From Octopus vulgaris (taxonomy: Eukaryota), in contig OX597835.1 of the NCBI GenBank assembly GCA_951406725.2, positions 46,562,001 through 46,626,000 on the forward strand: a DNA stretch of 64,000 nt. Reading direction: 5' to 3'. Under the pieces are notes generated by a model. It saw nothing but the letters and a program-made list of their open reading frames with translations. It did no database searches and was not told the DNA's origin. Position numbers and translations under genes: made by a program. Positions 40,461 to 58,428 of this stretch are shown piece after piece (positions within the stretch are counted from its first letter, which is position 1; each line of letters opens with the position of its first letter).

Positions 40461-40865
40461 AAAATATAGACATCTGAAAATATAACGAGATAGTCATGGA
40501 AAGAACGCCACTGAACATAGCTTTTCTCGATAACATTTGATATTGGTGTGAACAAAATAAAACAACAAAAAACATCCCTAATAGAAAGGACTAAGGAAGG
40601 AGCAACGACCTGCTAGAAATAGCAGCCAATAAAGGAAGGGAACGCTGTGTATTCACTGAGCCAACAAAGGAGCCCTTACGTGATGGCAGGAGTCGCTAGA
40701 AACAACAGTCAAATCTCTCTCCCATACATAATAGCCTACAGGGCCCCGGGAGGTGCTAATCGTTGGAGCGAAAGGACGAATCTGAGAGCAAATCCTGGAA
40801 GGTGGTCAAAACTGGAGCGTCTCTGGTCCAAGGAGTGTTCTTTATTAAGGTTATTCTAAGAGTTA

Positions 40866-40900
40866 AACAACAATATGAACAAGAACAACAACGACACCAA

Positions 40901-40932
<32 letters not shown>

Positions 40933-41485
40933 GTGTCGTCGTTGTTGTTGTCATCGCTGACACCATCATCATCGATATCAGGGTCATCATTATCCTCCTT
41001 CTCCCCTTCCTCCTTCTCTTCCCCCTTCTCCTCCTCATCTTCGTCATCGTCCAACCCCTTCTCTTCCTCTCCATCATCACCAAAATTATCGTTGTTATCT
41101 TCCTCATTATTATCATCGTCGTCATCGTTCTCATCGTCGTCGTTGTCGTCATCATCATCAGCAGCAGCAGCAGCAGCCTCCTCCTCATCATCATCATCAA
41201 CATCATCATCGTAATCGTCGTTGTCATCGTCAGCATCATCACCAACAACAACAACAACATCATTATCATCATCATCATCAACATCATCATCATCATCATC
41301 GTCATCGTCATCTTCCATCATCATCATCATCATCATCATCAACATCATTATCATCATCATTATCATCATCATCATCATCGTCATCGTCATCGTCATCATC
41401 ATCATCATCATCATCAACATCATCATCACCATCGTCCCTTCCATCATCATCATCGTCATCATCATCATCATCATCGTCGTCGTTG
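40866..41485. repeat. Degenerate (ATC)n trinucleotide tract
   Basis: Direct inspection. Confidence 0.9.
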
Positions 41486-41729
41486 TCCCATATTACTGAG
41501 CAGTCGCCACAGTTCTTAATGTCCCTGATTCGTGATAACCAGACAGAAAACGACAAATCGCTCATCGTCAATCGATCAACAAGTCGGGGCAGGTTTCATT
41601 TCTCTGACAGAAATCGATCGGTTATCAATCCGCTTCATTTTCCTTCACAGCTGGTTGTTTGTTGTTGTTGTTGGTAGCAGTATTGATGTTGGAGGGGTCA
41701 CTCGATGCAACATACGTTGGCACATGTAC

Positions 41730-42063
41730 GCACAGACACACACTAACACTCACACACACACACTCACACACGAACACACGAACACACACACACACACACA
41801 TACACACACACACGCACACACGCACACACGAACACACACACACACACACGCACACACTCACACGAACACACACGCACACTAACACACACACACACACACT
41901 CACACACTAACACACACACACACACACTAACACACACACACACACACTCACACGAACACACACACACACATACACACACATACACACACTAACACACACA
42001 CACACACACATACACACACACACACACACATACACACTCACACTAACACACACACACTCACAC

Positions 42064-42151
<88 letters not shown>
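41730..42151. repeat. (AC)n microsatellite
   Basis: Direct inspection. Confidence 0.95.
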
Positions 42152-42153
<2 letters not shown>

Positions 42154-42554
42154 ATAAATGCTGATAAGTTCTAAGATAAACACTAGTTGCCAGTGGCACT
42201 TGAGGACACTTAATTATCTGCCCATTATTTTCTTTAAAACAATTAAAAGATTTCTAATCCTCCTTTCGGCTCCCCTGCGCCAGATCAAATGCTGGCACAA
42301 GAAATGGAAAGGCGCCCAGTCATGGTGGCCAGACGAGCGGAACACAGCGATTTAGAAACTGACAACTTTCTAAACAGGCCTAGGTGTGGCTGTGTGGTAA
42401 GATGCTTGCTTCCCAGCCACGTGGTTCCGGGTTCAGTCCCACTGTGCGGCACCTTGGGCAAGTATCTTCTACTATAACCTCGGGCAGACCAAAGTCTTGT
42501 GAGTGGATTTGGTAGACGGGAACTGAAAGAAGCCCGTCGTGTGTGTGCGTGTGT

Positions 42555-42626
<72 letters not shown>

Positions 42627-42656
42627 GCGTGTGTGCGTGCGTGCGTGCGTGCGTGC

Positions 42657-42692
<36 letters not shown>

Positions 42693-42729
42693 AGTTCGGC
42701 AAAAGAATCGATAGAATGGGAGCATAAAA

Positions 42730-43177
42730 ATTTTAATAAAATGAGGGTTACGTGTAAACATTTCTTGAATTTCTTGCACTGTCCCCTGGTCTAGGGGCCT
42801 TGGAAGGGCCACCGCTACAGATTCTGTAGCCATGAATTTTGCGTGACAATTCTTAATCGTTTCTGTGTCAAATTCAATATGTATTCTTCTAATGGTCTTC
42901 CACCATCTTTGCACTTGAACAACGGATTTCCAAACTTCATAAGATGCTGCTAGTTGAGCACGATCCTGCAGGGTAAGGTATTCAGCCATATCTGTTATGG
43001 CTCATCAAATTTCAAACGAAATAATCAATCTGAAAAAAAAATTCGATTAAAGATTAAACACCCATACTTCAATAAACAATATTTCAAAAAACAAACACAA
43101 AAAATTTAGAAAATAATTCTAATTAATAAAAGATTTATAAGAATTTTAAAATAGGGAGTTATTTTTAACTCACCCTG
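42730..43177 (-). mobile_element. Tc1/mariner-superfamily transposon 5' part (DUF4817-like HTH)
   Basis: TA + cagggtgagttaaaaata terminus. MAEYLTLQDRAQLAASYEVWKSVVQVQRWW...TIKNCHAKFMATESV; truncated next to a SINE. Confidence 0.75.
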
Positions 43178-43206
43178 TATGTATGTACGTATGTATGTAT
43201 GTATAC

Positions 43207-43282
<76 letters not shown>

Positions 43283-43289
43283 ATATATA

Positions 43290-43679
<390 letters not shown>

Positions 43680-43703
43680 TATATATATATATATGTATGT
43701 ATG

Positions 43704-43734
<31 letters not shown>

Positions 43735-44000
43735 TTATTATTATTTGAGGGAATATAAATCCAAACTTACAGGGAAAAAAATTCTATTTAGAAATACTAA
43801 ATCAAATTTCACACAATATAATATATATATGTAAAAAAAATAGAAAAAAAAACATCTTTTATCAATTCAAAATGAACAATTAAATTACACCATCTAGAAA
43901 ATTACATATAATAGAAATATTGAAATTAAAATAACAATAAAATATCAATGATTAAGTAAACTGCAAAAAAAATAATAAAAACGTATATAATTAGTAGAAT

Positions 44001-44087
44001 AACGATACGTGTTTTGTGGCTATATTTAAGAAATGATTATAGCAGTAGTAAAATCACTTCGATATAAATATAGCCACTCATCAGGTT
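44001..44087 (-). ncRNA. Decayed extended-stem-II hammerhead (same family as 16585)
   Basis: aac CUGAUGA GUGGCUAUAUUUA...UAAAUAUAGCCAC AAAAC ACGU AUC guu. G12 is mutated to A at a CpG site, so it is likely inactive. Confidence 0.6.
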
Positions 44088-44136
44088 AAAAATAAACTAA
44101 AATAATAAAATAATTAATTAATAAATATACTTTAAC

Positions 44137-44216
<80 letters not shown>

Positions 44217-44500
44217 ACTAAATATACATAAGTGAAAACTAAAACAATACTTATATTATTAAATATTTTAAAATTAATTAAAATACACAATGCTAGTACA
44301 AGTCATTAAATTGTAATCAAAATAAGAAATGGTTCAAATATAGATAAACTCATAAAATAAGCTAACTATATGATTAATATACATGTGTAGTATCTATAGA
44401 TTTAATATATCAATCAATAACATAGTTAACTAAATATCAAATAATATAATACCTAATTAACTTAAAAGTAATACGTTAGATCCCTTTATATATATATATA

Positions 44501-44555
<55 letters not shown>

Positions 44556-44842
44556 GTGTGTGTATATCTGTATCTGTATATCTGTGTGTGTGTGAGGAAG
44601 GAAAAAGGAAGTGAGAAAATCCAGGCGAATACGTCCATAAGCACTGTGTCAACAGAACCCGGCTAACAGGATGTCCAGTCAACTTTAATGGTCATCCGAA
44701 GAGGTCATTAATTCTATGTGACGGATACAAACTGTAAATCAGAAGTTTCACACCAACTGCTATTTTTGGCGCATTAATCCCAAAATATACATAGTAAAGA
44801 AAGAAAGAAGGAAAGGAATAAAGAAAGAACGAAAGAAATTAC

Positions 44843-44902
<60 letters not shown>

Positions 44903-44948
44903 ATTTTATTATTGAGTAATAATAATAATAATAATAATAATGATGATA

Positions 44949-44998
<50 letters not shown>

Positions 44999-45016
44999 AA
45001 TAATAATAATAATAAT

Positions 45017-45063
<47 letters not shown>

Positions 45064-45079
45064 TAATAATAATAATAAT

Positions 45080-45635
45080 GCCCTGATGCAGTACCAGGCA
45101 GTGGCTCTCATGGCTTCTGATCTTAACTGATTGCAAATTTTATCATGTACATTGTTTTGTGTTGGTCTAAAAGATGGGCTACAGCAAATATTCTGCTCAA
45201 TACCACAGATTTGCTTGTCAGTTGTTTGACCTTAACCAGTTGAGCATGTCCCTTAATGGCTGGCGATATGTGCATCTCTGATCACAAGCAGAAGTAGTGG
45301 GGGAGCATCATAGCCATGTGTTGAGAGGGATTCTTTGGGGTCTGAATAATTCACCTCTGGAAACATGGGTGTTTCGTTCATCATCCTTAAACAACCCTTA
45401 TTCAGGGACCTTTTGAGCGGGATGGGTTACTCGACCTGAAAAAATTCTAACTGGGCTCCACCTGCAAGGTCATGTGCTGTTTATCTTGATATAAGATCAC
45501 CATGTCGCGCACATGTGGTTGTGATGCATGTGCCTGGTGTACCCTTATCAGACGGGTAGTCATGATGGGTATACTGGGCTTCGTATATTTTATCCCAGTG
45601 TCACTTTGATAGCCTGCACTGCTCTCTCACTCACT
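45080..45635 (+). mobile_element. Interspersed non-coding repeat bounded by (AAT)n
   Basis: Partial copies at 6252-6330 (inverted) and 51055-51200. Confidence 0.65.
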
Positions 45636-45881
45636 AATAATAATAAATTTGCTTACGAATTTTTGTTGAAAGATTCCTGAATAGTTATACACATGTGGAG
45701 AACATGTAAATATTCTCTTAAACTGTGACTGTTTGGACAAAGATACAAAAATAATACTGAAATGTGTTGACGTGCTTCGCGAGGATACAGCTTGGATCAT
45801 AACCACTTCAATAGACTACATACATTACACACACACACACACACATATACATGCATATACATATACAAGCATATATAAATA

Positions 45882-46070
45882 CAGTAATCCGTCGCCACAT
45901 CGCGGTTCACCTATCGCGCCCTCAGTACATCACGGATTTTTCTGGCTAATATTATGTAAATTTATACCGCGGAGGTTTCTGCGGTCGATATTCATATTTT
46001 TTTTTTAGATTTTAATTATCTTTGTGAGAGATTTTGGAACATAACACCCGCGATAGTCGAGGGATTACTG
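45882..46070. mobile_element. Tigger/pogo-type MITE
   Basis: TIR cagtaatccgtcg / cgagggattactg, with TA on the left. Confidence 0.7.
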
Positions 46071-46102
46071 AGTGTGTATACATATACATACATACATAAT
46101 AC

Positions 46103-46133
<31 letters not shown>

Positions 46134-46177
46134 CATACATACATACATACATACATACATACATACATACATAATAC

Positions 46178-46234
<57 letters not shown>

Positions 46235-46236
46235 CA

Positions 46237-46314
<78 letters not shown>

Positions 46315-46892
46315 TGTATGTGTGTGTGTGTAAGTATTTTTAACTTAGTACACCCAACCTAACTTGGCTGTGCTATTTATAACGCCGTAAACAGTGGCAG
46401 TTGATTGGTGTTTAGAATTATCGACCCCAAAGCAGATCAGTAATGTTGACCCCCTACCCCACCCATCTCCCTCACTCAGATTCAACCTTAGAACACAATA
46501 CCACAAGGCATCTCATTCAAAAAAAAAAAATTGCTGTCATTTGAACCCATAACGCAAGGAGTGACAATGAACACCGTAGCGAATCTCACCGACGTTCAAA
46601 TAAACCTCTGCCTTATTTTATTGATCGCGAAAGGATAAAAGAAAAAAGCAATGTAGACCCCAGTGGGATTTGAACTCGGAATGCGGGAACATATATTGCG
46701 AAGCATTTTATTCCAACCCTCCTAACATATCACCTAATTCGCCGCAGTTTAGAAAGCTGATTTATTGTCATTAAATAATAAGAGTAGAAATTAATATTAT
46801 CAAATAATATTATTAAGTTATATCAATTTCAACTAGTGGTCAGCATACTTTAAAATGTCCGAGGACCGTGAATTTTGTTTTAAACATAAACA

Positions 46893-47381
46893 ATATGGGA
46901 GACCACTAAGTGGACCCCTTGTATGCTAAAGATAGACGTCAAGCCGTCTTACCTATTTCTTTACTACCCACAAGGGGCTAAACACAGAGGGGACAAACAA
47001 GGACAGACAAACGGATTAAGTCGATTACATCGACCCCAGTGCGTAACTGGTACTTATTTAATCGACCCCTGAAAGGATGAAAGGCAAAGTCGACCTCAGC
47101 GGAATTTGAACTCAGAACGTAACGGCAGACGAAATACCGCTGAGCATTTCGTCCGGCGTGCTAACGTTTCTGCCAGATCGCCGCCTTACCACTGTGATCA
47201 CAACTGAGCAAGACGCGAGATGTTTACGAGCTAAACAAATGAAAAGTGCTGTTTGTTTCTTTTCATTTGTCTTGCTCCTAAACATCTAGCGTCTTACTCA
47301 GTTGAGATCACAGATTTAGTGGTAAGACGGTTTGACGTCTATTTTTAGCATAGAAGGGGTCCATGTAGTGATCTCACGTAT
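46893..47381. mobile_element. Palindromic MITE-like element with a family B SINE (46954-47185, minus strand) inserted in its left arm
   Basis: Left arm 46893-46953 plus 47191-47245 is the reverse complement of about 47260-47381; ttacc is repeated either side of the SINE. Confidence 0.75.
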
Positions 47382-47754
47382 TATGCTTTCTGTCTAAGCG
47401 ATAAATTATCTTGTAATAAAGAGTTGCCTCCCTTCCTCACTGCAATTCATTCCTAACAAGTTTTCACTGAATAACACCGACAATCATAAACGTTCCAGAC
47501 GTGACCGACTAGTAATTTGGTATATCCGGGAGAACTACATTGCCGCCCTTTTTTCGTCTTTTTTTTTTGTTGTTCTCTAGTTTTTCCTTTTCGTTTTTTA
47601 TTGAGGGGGAAGCTTTTTATTGTTTGTTTTTTCTTTCTCCAGCTAAGAGAAAAATTTCATTTAAGCAATTTATTCATATAATATTCAATACCGACGTTCA
47701 GTGTTCCCTAAATCCGTGATTAAGCAAAGCAGGAGCACACACGAGGGCGAAAAG

Positions 47755-47799
47755 TGTCACTGAAGAGGTCACAGATGTGTGACGAAAGATTTCCGGACA
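47755..47799 (+). ncRNA. Hammerhead ribozyme motif, canonical core
   Basis: uguca CUGAAGA G GUCACA-gaug-UGUGAC GAAAG au UUC cggaca; stem I is imperfect. Confidence 0.55.
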
Positions 47800-48159
47800 A
47801 TGGACATGAGTTAAAATTAGAACAGTAATAAACTAGCCAAGACCGAATAATATAATGTAATGCGTGTTTTGCCAAAAAGAAAAGATTTTAAAAATTACCA
47901 TCCCCGAAATTCAAAAATATCTGGTTTTAAATTTTACTTTTAATTTGTGCAATTGCTAAATGTCAAGATCTCACTACAAGGGGAAGATAACTCTTCCTTT
48001 CATAATTGAATCGTTTGTTCAGAACGGTGAGAAATTTGATTGAGGAAATCCAGAATAAAAAGAGGAGTCAAACCTGGGTACCACATTTTGTAGATTAGGG
48101 TATACTTGATCCGTTTAAAAAAGAAAAGAAAAAAAAGGCTGTAATTTTAAGGGAGATTT

Positions 48160-51800
<3,641 letters not shown>

Positions 51801-52149
51801 CTGGTTCTCACATAGATCAGAAGAAATTCATAATCTACCTTTAAAATTAAAATAAATGCGCCCTTTCAAAGCCTAGCCAGGCTCATGGGCTCCGGTTTCT
51901 ATGGCGTATGTGTTACGCAGCAGGATGGGACGCCAGTCCATCGCAGCGTTACTCATTTTTGCCAGCCGAGTGGACTGGAGCAACGTGAAATGAAGTGTTT
52001 TGCTCAAGAACACAACGCGTCGCCCGGTCCAGGAATCGAAACCATAATCTTACGATCATGGTGCTGACACCCTAACCGCTAAGCCACGCGCCTCCACATA
52101 ATCTACTTTTAGAAAAACTAAACTTAGGCCATACACTTCTTTCTCAATC

Positions 52150-52280
52150 CTTGAACCCCAACTCAAACGAAGCTTACAGAAAGCTGAAAGAGGAAGTGCA
52201 GACGGCTCTAAGGAATATTAAACAGGAATGGTGGAATTATAGAGCAAATGGGGTGCAAGAAGCAGCTGACAGACATGGCA
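52150..52280 (+). mobile_element. RTE LINE fragment
   Basis: YRKLKEEVQTALRNIKQEWWNYRANGVQEAADRH, typical of the RTE linker between endonuclease and RT. Confidence 0.75.
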
Positions 52281-52352
52281 TACATATATACATACAGTCA
52301 GACAGACACACACACACACACATATACATACATACATACATACAGACAGACA

Positions 52353-52430
<78 letters not shown>

Positions 52431-52679
52431 TACATACATACATACATGCATGCATGCATGCATGCATACATACATACATACATACAACATACATACATAC
52501 ATGCATGCATGCATACAAACATACATACATACATACACACATACATACATACATACATACATACATACATACATGCATACATACATACATACATACATAC
52601 ATACATACATACATACATACATACATACATACATACATACATACATACTAAGTGGCTGACTAACTGACAGACAGATCAA

Positions 52680-53250
52680 CAGATAGAGAAGCATAAGGCT
52701 GTGCAAGACCAACACTGAAGACATCAACCACATAATTGTCAACTGCAAGAGAATGTCTTCCAGATATCTTTCCATGGATTATGATACAGTTTCCAGAACA
52801 ATTTGAAACGAAATAACAAAAAAAAAAACAAAAAAGAAAAACACCTACAGACGAAGATGACTATATTGAGGCCGATGGGTTAAAAAAATATTCGTGGAAC
52901 TTATAAATTAAAAGAGTTACTAAGTTAAAACACAACCGGTCCGATAGTGTTGTGTGGGACCACAAGGAACTGATATGTTCTGCAGAGAAAATCAGCTACC
53001 GCCTGGACACCAGTGTGGTCAGAAAAATACAAGAGAAAGAGGACATTTATGGACGATAGATGAGTTTTCAAATGCCGTGTCATACTTATTATCAACGGAA
53101 CAACATGATACACAGCAACCCGCCTGGAGCAGAGTATGGCTGAACTTGGAATCTTGTGGAGAGGAACGCAAATCCTTAATTCATAAACTACAAATGATCA
53201 CGGTATCCGGGATTAATAAAATCTGCAAGACCCTCCCTCCTGAAGATTTT
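52680..53250 (+). mobile_element. R4/Dong/NeSL-type non-LTR element C-terminus (CCHC knuckle and restriction-like endonuclease), decayed
   Basis: RLCKTNTEDINHIIVNC, KHNRSDSVVWD (decayed PD motif), RKIQEKEDIY. Confidence 0.7.
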
Positions 53251-53597
53251 TAGGGTGATGAGTAAAATAAGACGCTTTTCTTCACAACCTTGTTCTCATG
53301 CAAGTGGCTAGGTCAAGTTTATTCTGATTTAAAAAGAGAAAGAGAACATACATACATACATACATATATACATACATACATACATTAATACATACACACA
53401 CATACATACATGCATACATACATACATACATACAAGCGCAGGAGTGGCTGTGTAGTAAGAAGTTTGCTTCTCAACCACATGATTCCATGTTCAGTCCCAC
53501 TGCGTGGCACCATGGGCCAGTATCTTCTACTATAGCCTCGGCCCGACCAAAACCCTTGCGAATGGATTTGGTTGACGGACACTGAAAGAAGCCCGTC

Positions 53598-53661
<64 letters not shown>

Positions 53662-53663
53662 TT

Positions 53664-53795
53664 ATTTATTTTGTAGAAGGAGCTTCTACAGAACTAGAAC
53701 TGTTTCATTCAAAAGAAATCATCAGGAAGCTTCCTGATGATTTCTCTCGAATGAAACAGTTCTAGTCCTGTAGAAGCTCCTTCTATAAAATAAAT
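53664..53795. repeat. 132-bp spacerless palindrome inside the (TA)n of a family A SINE
   Basis: Centre AAG|CTT at 53729/53730. Each arm carries CTGATGA-tttc..gaat-GAAAC. The tail 53795-53863 is homologous to 13123-13200. Confidence 0.85.
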
Positions 53796-53860
53796 TAATT
53801 TACTCTGCTATGTATTGAGTACCTTATTTACTGTGGTTAACCCCGACTCAACCCGGGACC

Positions 53861-53926
<66 letters not shown>

Positions 53927-54082
53927 TTTATATATATATACACATACATGTATGTATGTGTGTTTGTTACCCCACCATCGCTTGACAACCGATGCTGGCG
54001 GGTTTACGTCTCCGTCATATAGCGGTTCGGCAAAATGGATAGATAAAGAGAGAGAGGGGGAGAGAGAAAGAGAGAGAGGGGG

Positions 54083-54128
<46 letters not shown>

Positions 54129-54131
54129 AAC

Positions 54132-54314
54132 CTTATTAGTTGTAAGCTTCTTAAATTTCTTTCTTTTTAACACAGTATGGCTGTAGTTGGAATAAAATTC
54201 CAACCAGGAATGGCGCGTCTGCGAGTGAATTGGTATTCGCTGCATGTCAGCCCAGATTGTGAAATCCTCACGAAAGGAAGCACTACAGTCTTTCATAACC
54301 TGGTTTTCCGTCAT
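54132..54314 (-). CDS. Candidate first coding exon of an unidentified divergently transcribed gene
   Basis: Non-repetitive 61-codon frame MTENQVMKDCSASFREDFTIWADMQRIPIHSQTRHSWLEFYSNYSHTVLKRKKFKKLTTNK ending at a weak AAG|GTTGAT donor. No family recognised. Confidence 0.3.
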
Positions 54315-54399
54315 TCAATATCCAGTATTATAAAGCCTTCCATTAATATATAAATTAATTGCTTAACAAAGAAAAGCAGACAGCCTAATTAAGTCACCT

Positions 54400-54711
54400 G
54401 TTCTCTGCTAATTGTCTCAGTAACAGCGAAAGCGTAAGTAGTCAGGGGAAGTAACTCTATTTTCACTTCGCACCGGATATCATTAGCAACGGAGAATAAC
54501 CGAAAAACGGACCTAAACACGCGGAAGATTAGCAACGCAGATCGAACTTGCTATCGTAGAGAAACCATTGTTCTAATCTCCTTCTACTTGGCAACCCTTT
54601 TGTATTTTTTTGGTTCAGACGGGTTGAGTGGAGCTGTAAGAGGGACGCAAGGAAGCCGTAAGCTCAATTAACGAGAACCTGTCAAAACAAATCGCCAGCA
54701 ATTTGACAACC
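54400..54711. promoter_or_regulatory. NADSYN1 promoter / 5' UTR region, possibly bidirectional
   Basis: Unique, relatively CpG-rich sequence directly upstream of the ATG. Contains RFX-type half-sites (TTAGCAAC twice, TTGGCAAC), an ETS-like CGGAAG and a GGGAAGTAACTCT motif. Confidence 0.6.
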
Positions 54712-54796
54712 ATGGTGCGCAAAGTGACCTTAGCGACATGTTCCCTGAACCAGTGGGCGATGGATTTCTCCGGAAATAAAAACCGGATCATCGAAA
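54712..54796 (+). CDS. NADSYN1: Glutamine-dependent NAD(+) synthetase, coding exon 1
   Basis: ATG at 54712 (caaccATGG) reads [28 protein letters not shown](S), matching the NADSYN1/Qns1 N-terminus (human [29 protein letters not shown]). Ends at donor A|GTAAGT; 85 nt, phase 1. Confidence 0.96.
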
Positions 54797-55934
54797 GTAA
54801 GTGACTTTCGTCCGTTCTTTGTCTTTTAAATAGGTTATACTATGCATAGTTGTTGTTGTTATTGTGATAATGGTGGTGGTGGTAGTGGTGGAGGTGGTGG
54901 TGGTGGTGGTTTTGGTGGTCGTCGTCGTCGTAGTGTTGATGGTGATCAAGCCAGTGGTAGTCTTGTTTTCGTATCGTGAGTGCCATGGCAGTGGTAGTGG
55001 TGGTTGTAGAGGTGGTAGTGGTGGTGGTGGTGGTTGTAGAGGTGGTGGTGGTGGTGGCGGTGGTGCCCTTGTCAGTAAGAGTGGCTTGTTGTAGTTGTGG
55101 GGATAGTGCTGCTGTTGCTGGTCTTAGTAGTGATGGTATCTTGTCCGAGTGGTGGCATTGATGCTGTTGTTATTGTTAGTGTTGTTGGTGGTGGTGGTGG
55201 TGACGGGGATGGGGCCATACCACTGTGGTGGTGGTGGTGGTGATGGTATCGACGATGATAGTCATGTTTGTGTTATTGCTAATATGGCGCTCAAGTGTTG
55301 TTGTTCTTGTTGTTGTTGCTGTGCTGTGACGGTGATGGCGGTAGTGTTGGTGGTGACGATGTTCAACCCGATGTTGTTGGGGTGACGACACCGAGGTGGA
55401 TGGTTATGTGGTTACGGTTTGGGCGATGGTTGTCATAGCAGTGTAGTTATCGCTGTTGTTGTTATGGTTGTGGTTGTCTTGTTGTTGTTGTTGATTCTTT
55501 GAGTGTTGCGGTGGTAGTATTCTGAGTAAACACCCACACCTATTGTGATGATTGTGTGTGTATGTGTGTGTGTGTTTGATGGTAATGTTGTTGGTAGTGT
55601 GGTAAGTGATGATGATGATAGTGTGTGTGAATATGTGTGGTAGGGGTGGTATCCTTGTTTCGATTGTTGTTGACCCTTTATATATTCTTGTGAGGATGTT
55701 GAGTGTGGGGTGGGGTGGGGTGGGTTGTGAGGTGGGGTGGGGTGAAATTCATTGGAATTTCAACATCAACAACAGGGTATTGTTGTTTGTATGTATGTAT
55801 GAATGTGTGTATGTATGTATGTGTGTATGTATGTATGTATGAATGTGTATGTATGTGTGTATGTACGTGTGAATGTATGTATGTATGTATGTATGTATGT
55901 ATGAATGTATGTATGAATGTATGTATGTATGTAT

Positions 55935-56317
55935 CTGGAAGCACTCCGTCGGTTACGACGATGAGGGTTCCGGTTGATCCGATCAACGGAACAGCCTGCT
56001 CGTGAAATTAACGTGTAAGTGACTGAGCACTCCACAGACACGTGTACCCTTAACATAGTTCTCGGGGATATTCAGCATGACACAGAGAGTGACAATGCCG
56101 GCCATTTGAAATACAGGTACAACAGAAACAGGAAATAAGAGTGACAGAAAGTTGTGGTGAAAGAGTACAGCAGGGATCACCACCATCCCTGCCGGAGCCT
56201 CGTGGAGCTTTAGGTGTTTTCGCTCAATAAACACTCACAACGCCCGGTCTGGGAATCGAAACCGCGATCCTACGACCGCAAGTCCGCTGCCCTAACCACT
56301 GGGCCAATGCGCCTCCA
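55935..56317 (-). mobile_element. tRNA-derived SINE, family D (NADSYN1 intron 1)
   Basis: Head ggaggcgcattggcccagtggttagggcagcggac...ggtttcgattccc. Confidence 0.85.
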
Positions 56318-56579
56318 TGTATGTATCTATGTATGTATGTGTGTATACATGCAGATTTGTATGTTTTATGTATATATTCTCATGCATATAATTGCATATC
56401 TAGACATGCTCATACATATTTAAATGATAAACTTCTGGAAAGTTTTACAGATTTTTACAGTTCCAGATTTTTACAGTTACAGATTTTTACAGTTCGAGCG
56501 GTAGTCTTCGAATCACCTTTTTCCTTTCTAGTCTTGAGAAACCTAATTTCTCAAGATTGGTATTTAGGCAGTGAGTTAC

Positions 56580-56610
<31 letters not shown>

Positions 56611-57060
56611 TGTGCGTATGTATATATGTATGTATGTGCGTATGTATATATGTATGTATGTGTGTGTGTATGTGTGTTTGTATGTATGTATGGCTGGCTT
56701 AGCGTGTCTTGTTTGCTTTCTCTTACTCAGACTAGACGATATCAAACTATGACCTGATGTATTCACACTGCACTTCCATTTCCAAACAATGACAGCACCA
56801 ATAGCAACAACATCAACATTAAAGTGGGCAATAACAATTACACCTTTTAAAAAATAATTCTAAGTAGCACCCCGGGGTACATAGTCTGTGACAAACGAGC
56901 AGCCTTCTGTGCAACATCTAGCTTTACACTTCCTTGCTCACTATAGAAACTAATAAACTGTGCGGTCAGTTTGTGTGTGTGTATGTATGTATGTACGTGT
57001 GCGTGTGGGTGTGCACATGCATATTAGTACGTATGAATACGTACATTCATATTCATATGA

Positions 57061-57091
<31 letters not shown>

Positions 57092-57140
57092 ATGCTATGC
57101 CACTTTATTATTCTTATTGTTGAAATATATATATATATAT

Positions 57141-57182
<42 letters not shown>

Positions 57183-57184
<2 letters not shown>

Positions 57185-57548
57185 TGGCTGTGTGTTAAGT
57201 ATCTTGTTTACCAACCACATGGTTCCAGGTTCAGTCCCACTGTGTGGCGCCTTGGATAAGTGTCTTCTACTATAGCCTGGTGCCGACAAAATTCTTGTGA
57301 GTGGATTTGGTAGGCATAAACTGAAAGAAGCCTGTCATATATACATATATGTGTGTGTTTGCACCTCCCTCAACATCACTTGACAACCGATGCTGATGTG
57401 TTCACATCCCTGTAACTTAGCAGTTTGGCAAAAGAAACCGATAGAATATGTACTAGGCTTACAAAGAATAAGTCCTGGATTCGATTTGTTCAACTAAAGG
57501 CAGTGCACCAGCATGGCCGCAGTCAAATGGCTGAAACAAATAAAAGAA
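57183..57548 (+). mobile_element. SINE family A copy
   Basis: Homologous to 223-627. Confidence 0.85.
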
Positions 57549-57632
57549 AATATATATATGTATATATATACACACGCACATATGCACTATATATATATAT
57601 CATTAGTGTGTATACACAGAAAGAAAGAGAAT

Positions 57633-57690
<58 letters not shown>

Positions 57691-57691
57691 C

Positions 57692-57766
<75 letters not shown>

Positions 57767-58395
57767 AGATAGATAGATAGATAGATAGATAGATATGTAT
57801 GATGTATATATGCACGTATATGTGTGTGTGTGTGTGTGTGTTATAGGTTTGTTAATAGCTCTAAACTTCTCTATCACCACCACCACCACTTCCACTTTCT
57901 CTGCTCTTGATATCTGTTTCAGTTTCACTTTAGTTTCCCAGAAAATGACAGTCACTCTGTTCTTAGAAATCAATGACGTTTCTCCTATTTTTTATCTTCT
58001 GTGTTGTTGTAAGCGATCAGGAACAGGGAGTGGGGATATGCAGTAGGTGTTGGTTTTTTTTAAAGGACTGGGGAAGAAGGGAGTCATACGGGATGAGTAT
58101 GTATATATATATATATATATACACACACACATTTATATTTACACACACTCATTCTGCATAATCATTGCTATTATGTTAAATTGTCATATGTCCAAATTTG
58201 GTCAAATGCGTTTTTTTTTCTTTCCAATATTTATTTTTGCTTGCAATAACCAGTTCAAATTCCACCGAGGTCAACATTACTTTTCATTCTTTCTGGGTTG
58301 TGTTGATAAGTTAAGTACCAGTTGAATACTGGGGGTCAGTGTAATTAACTTATCTCTGTCCCCGAAATTGCTGGCCTTGTGCCAAAATTTGAAAC

Positions 58396-58428
<33 letters not shown>

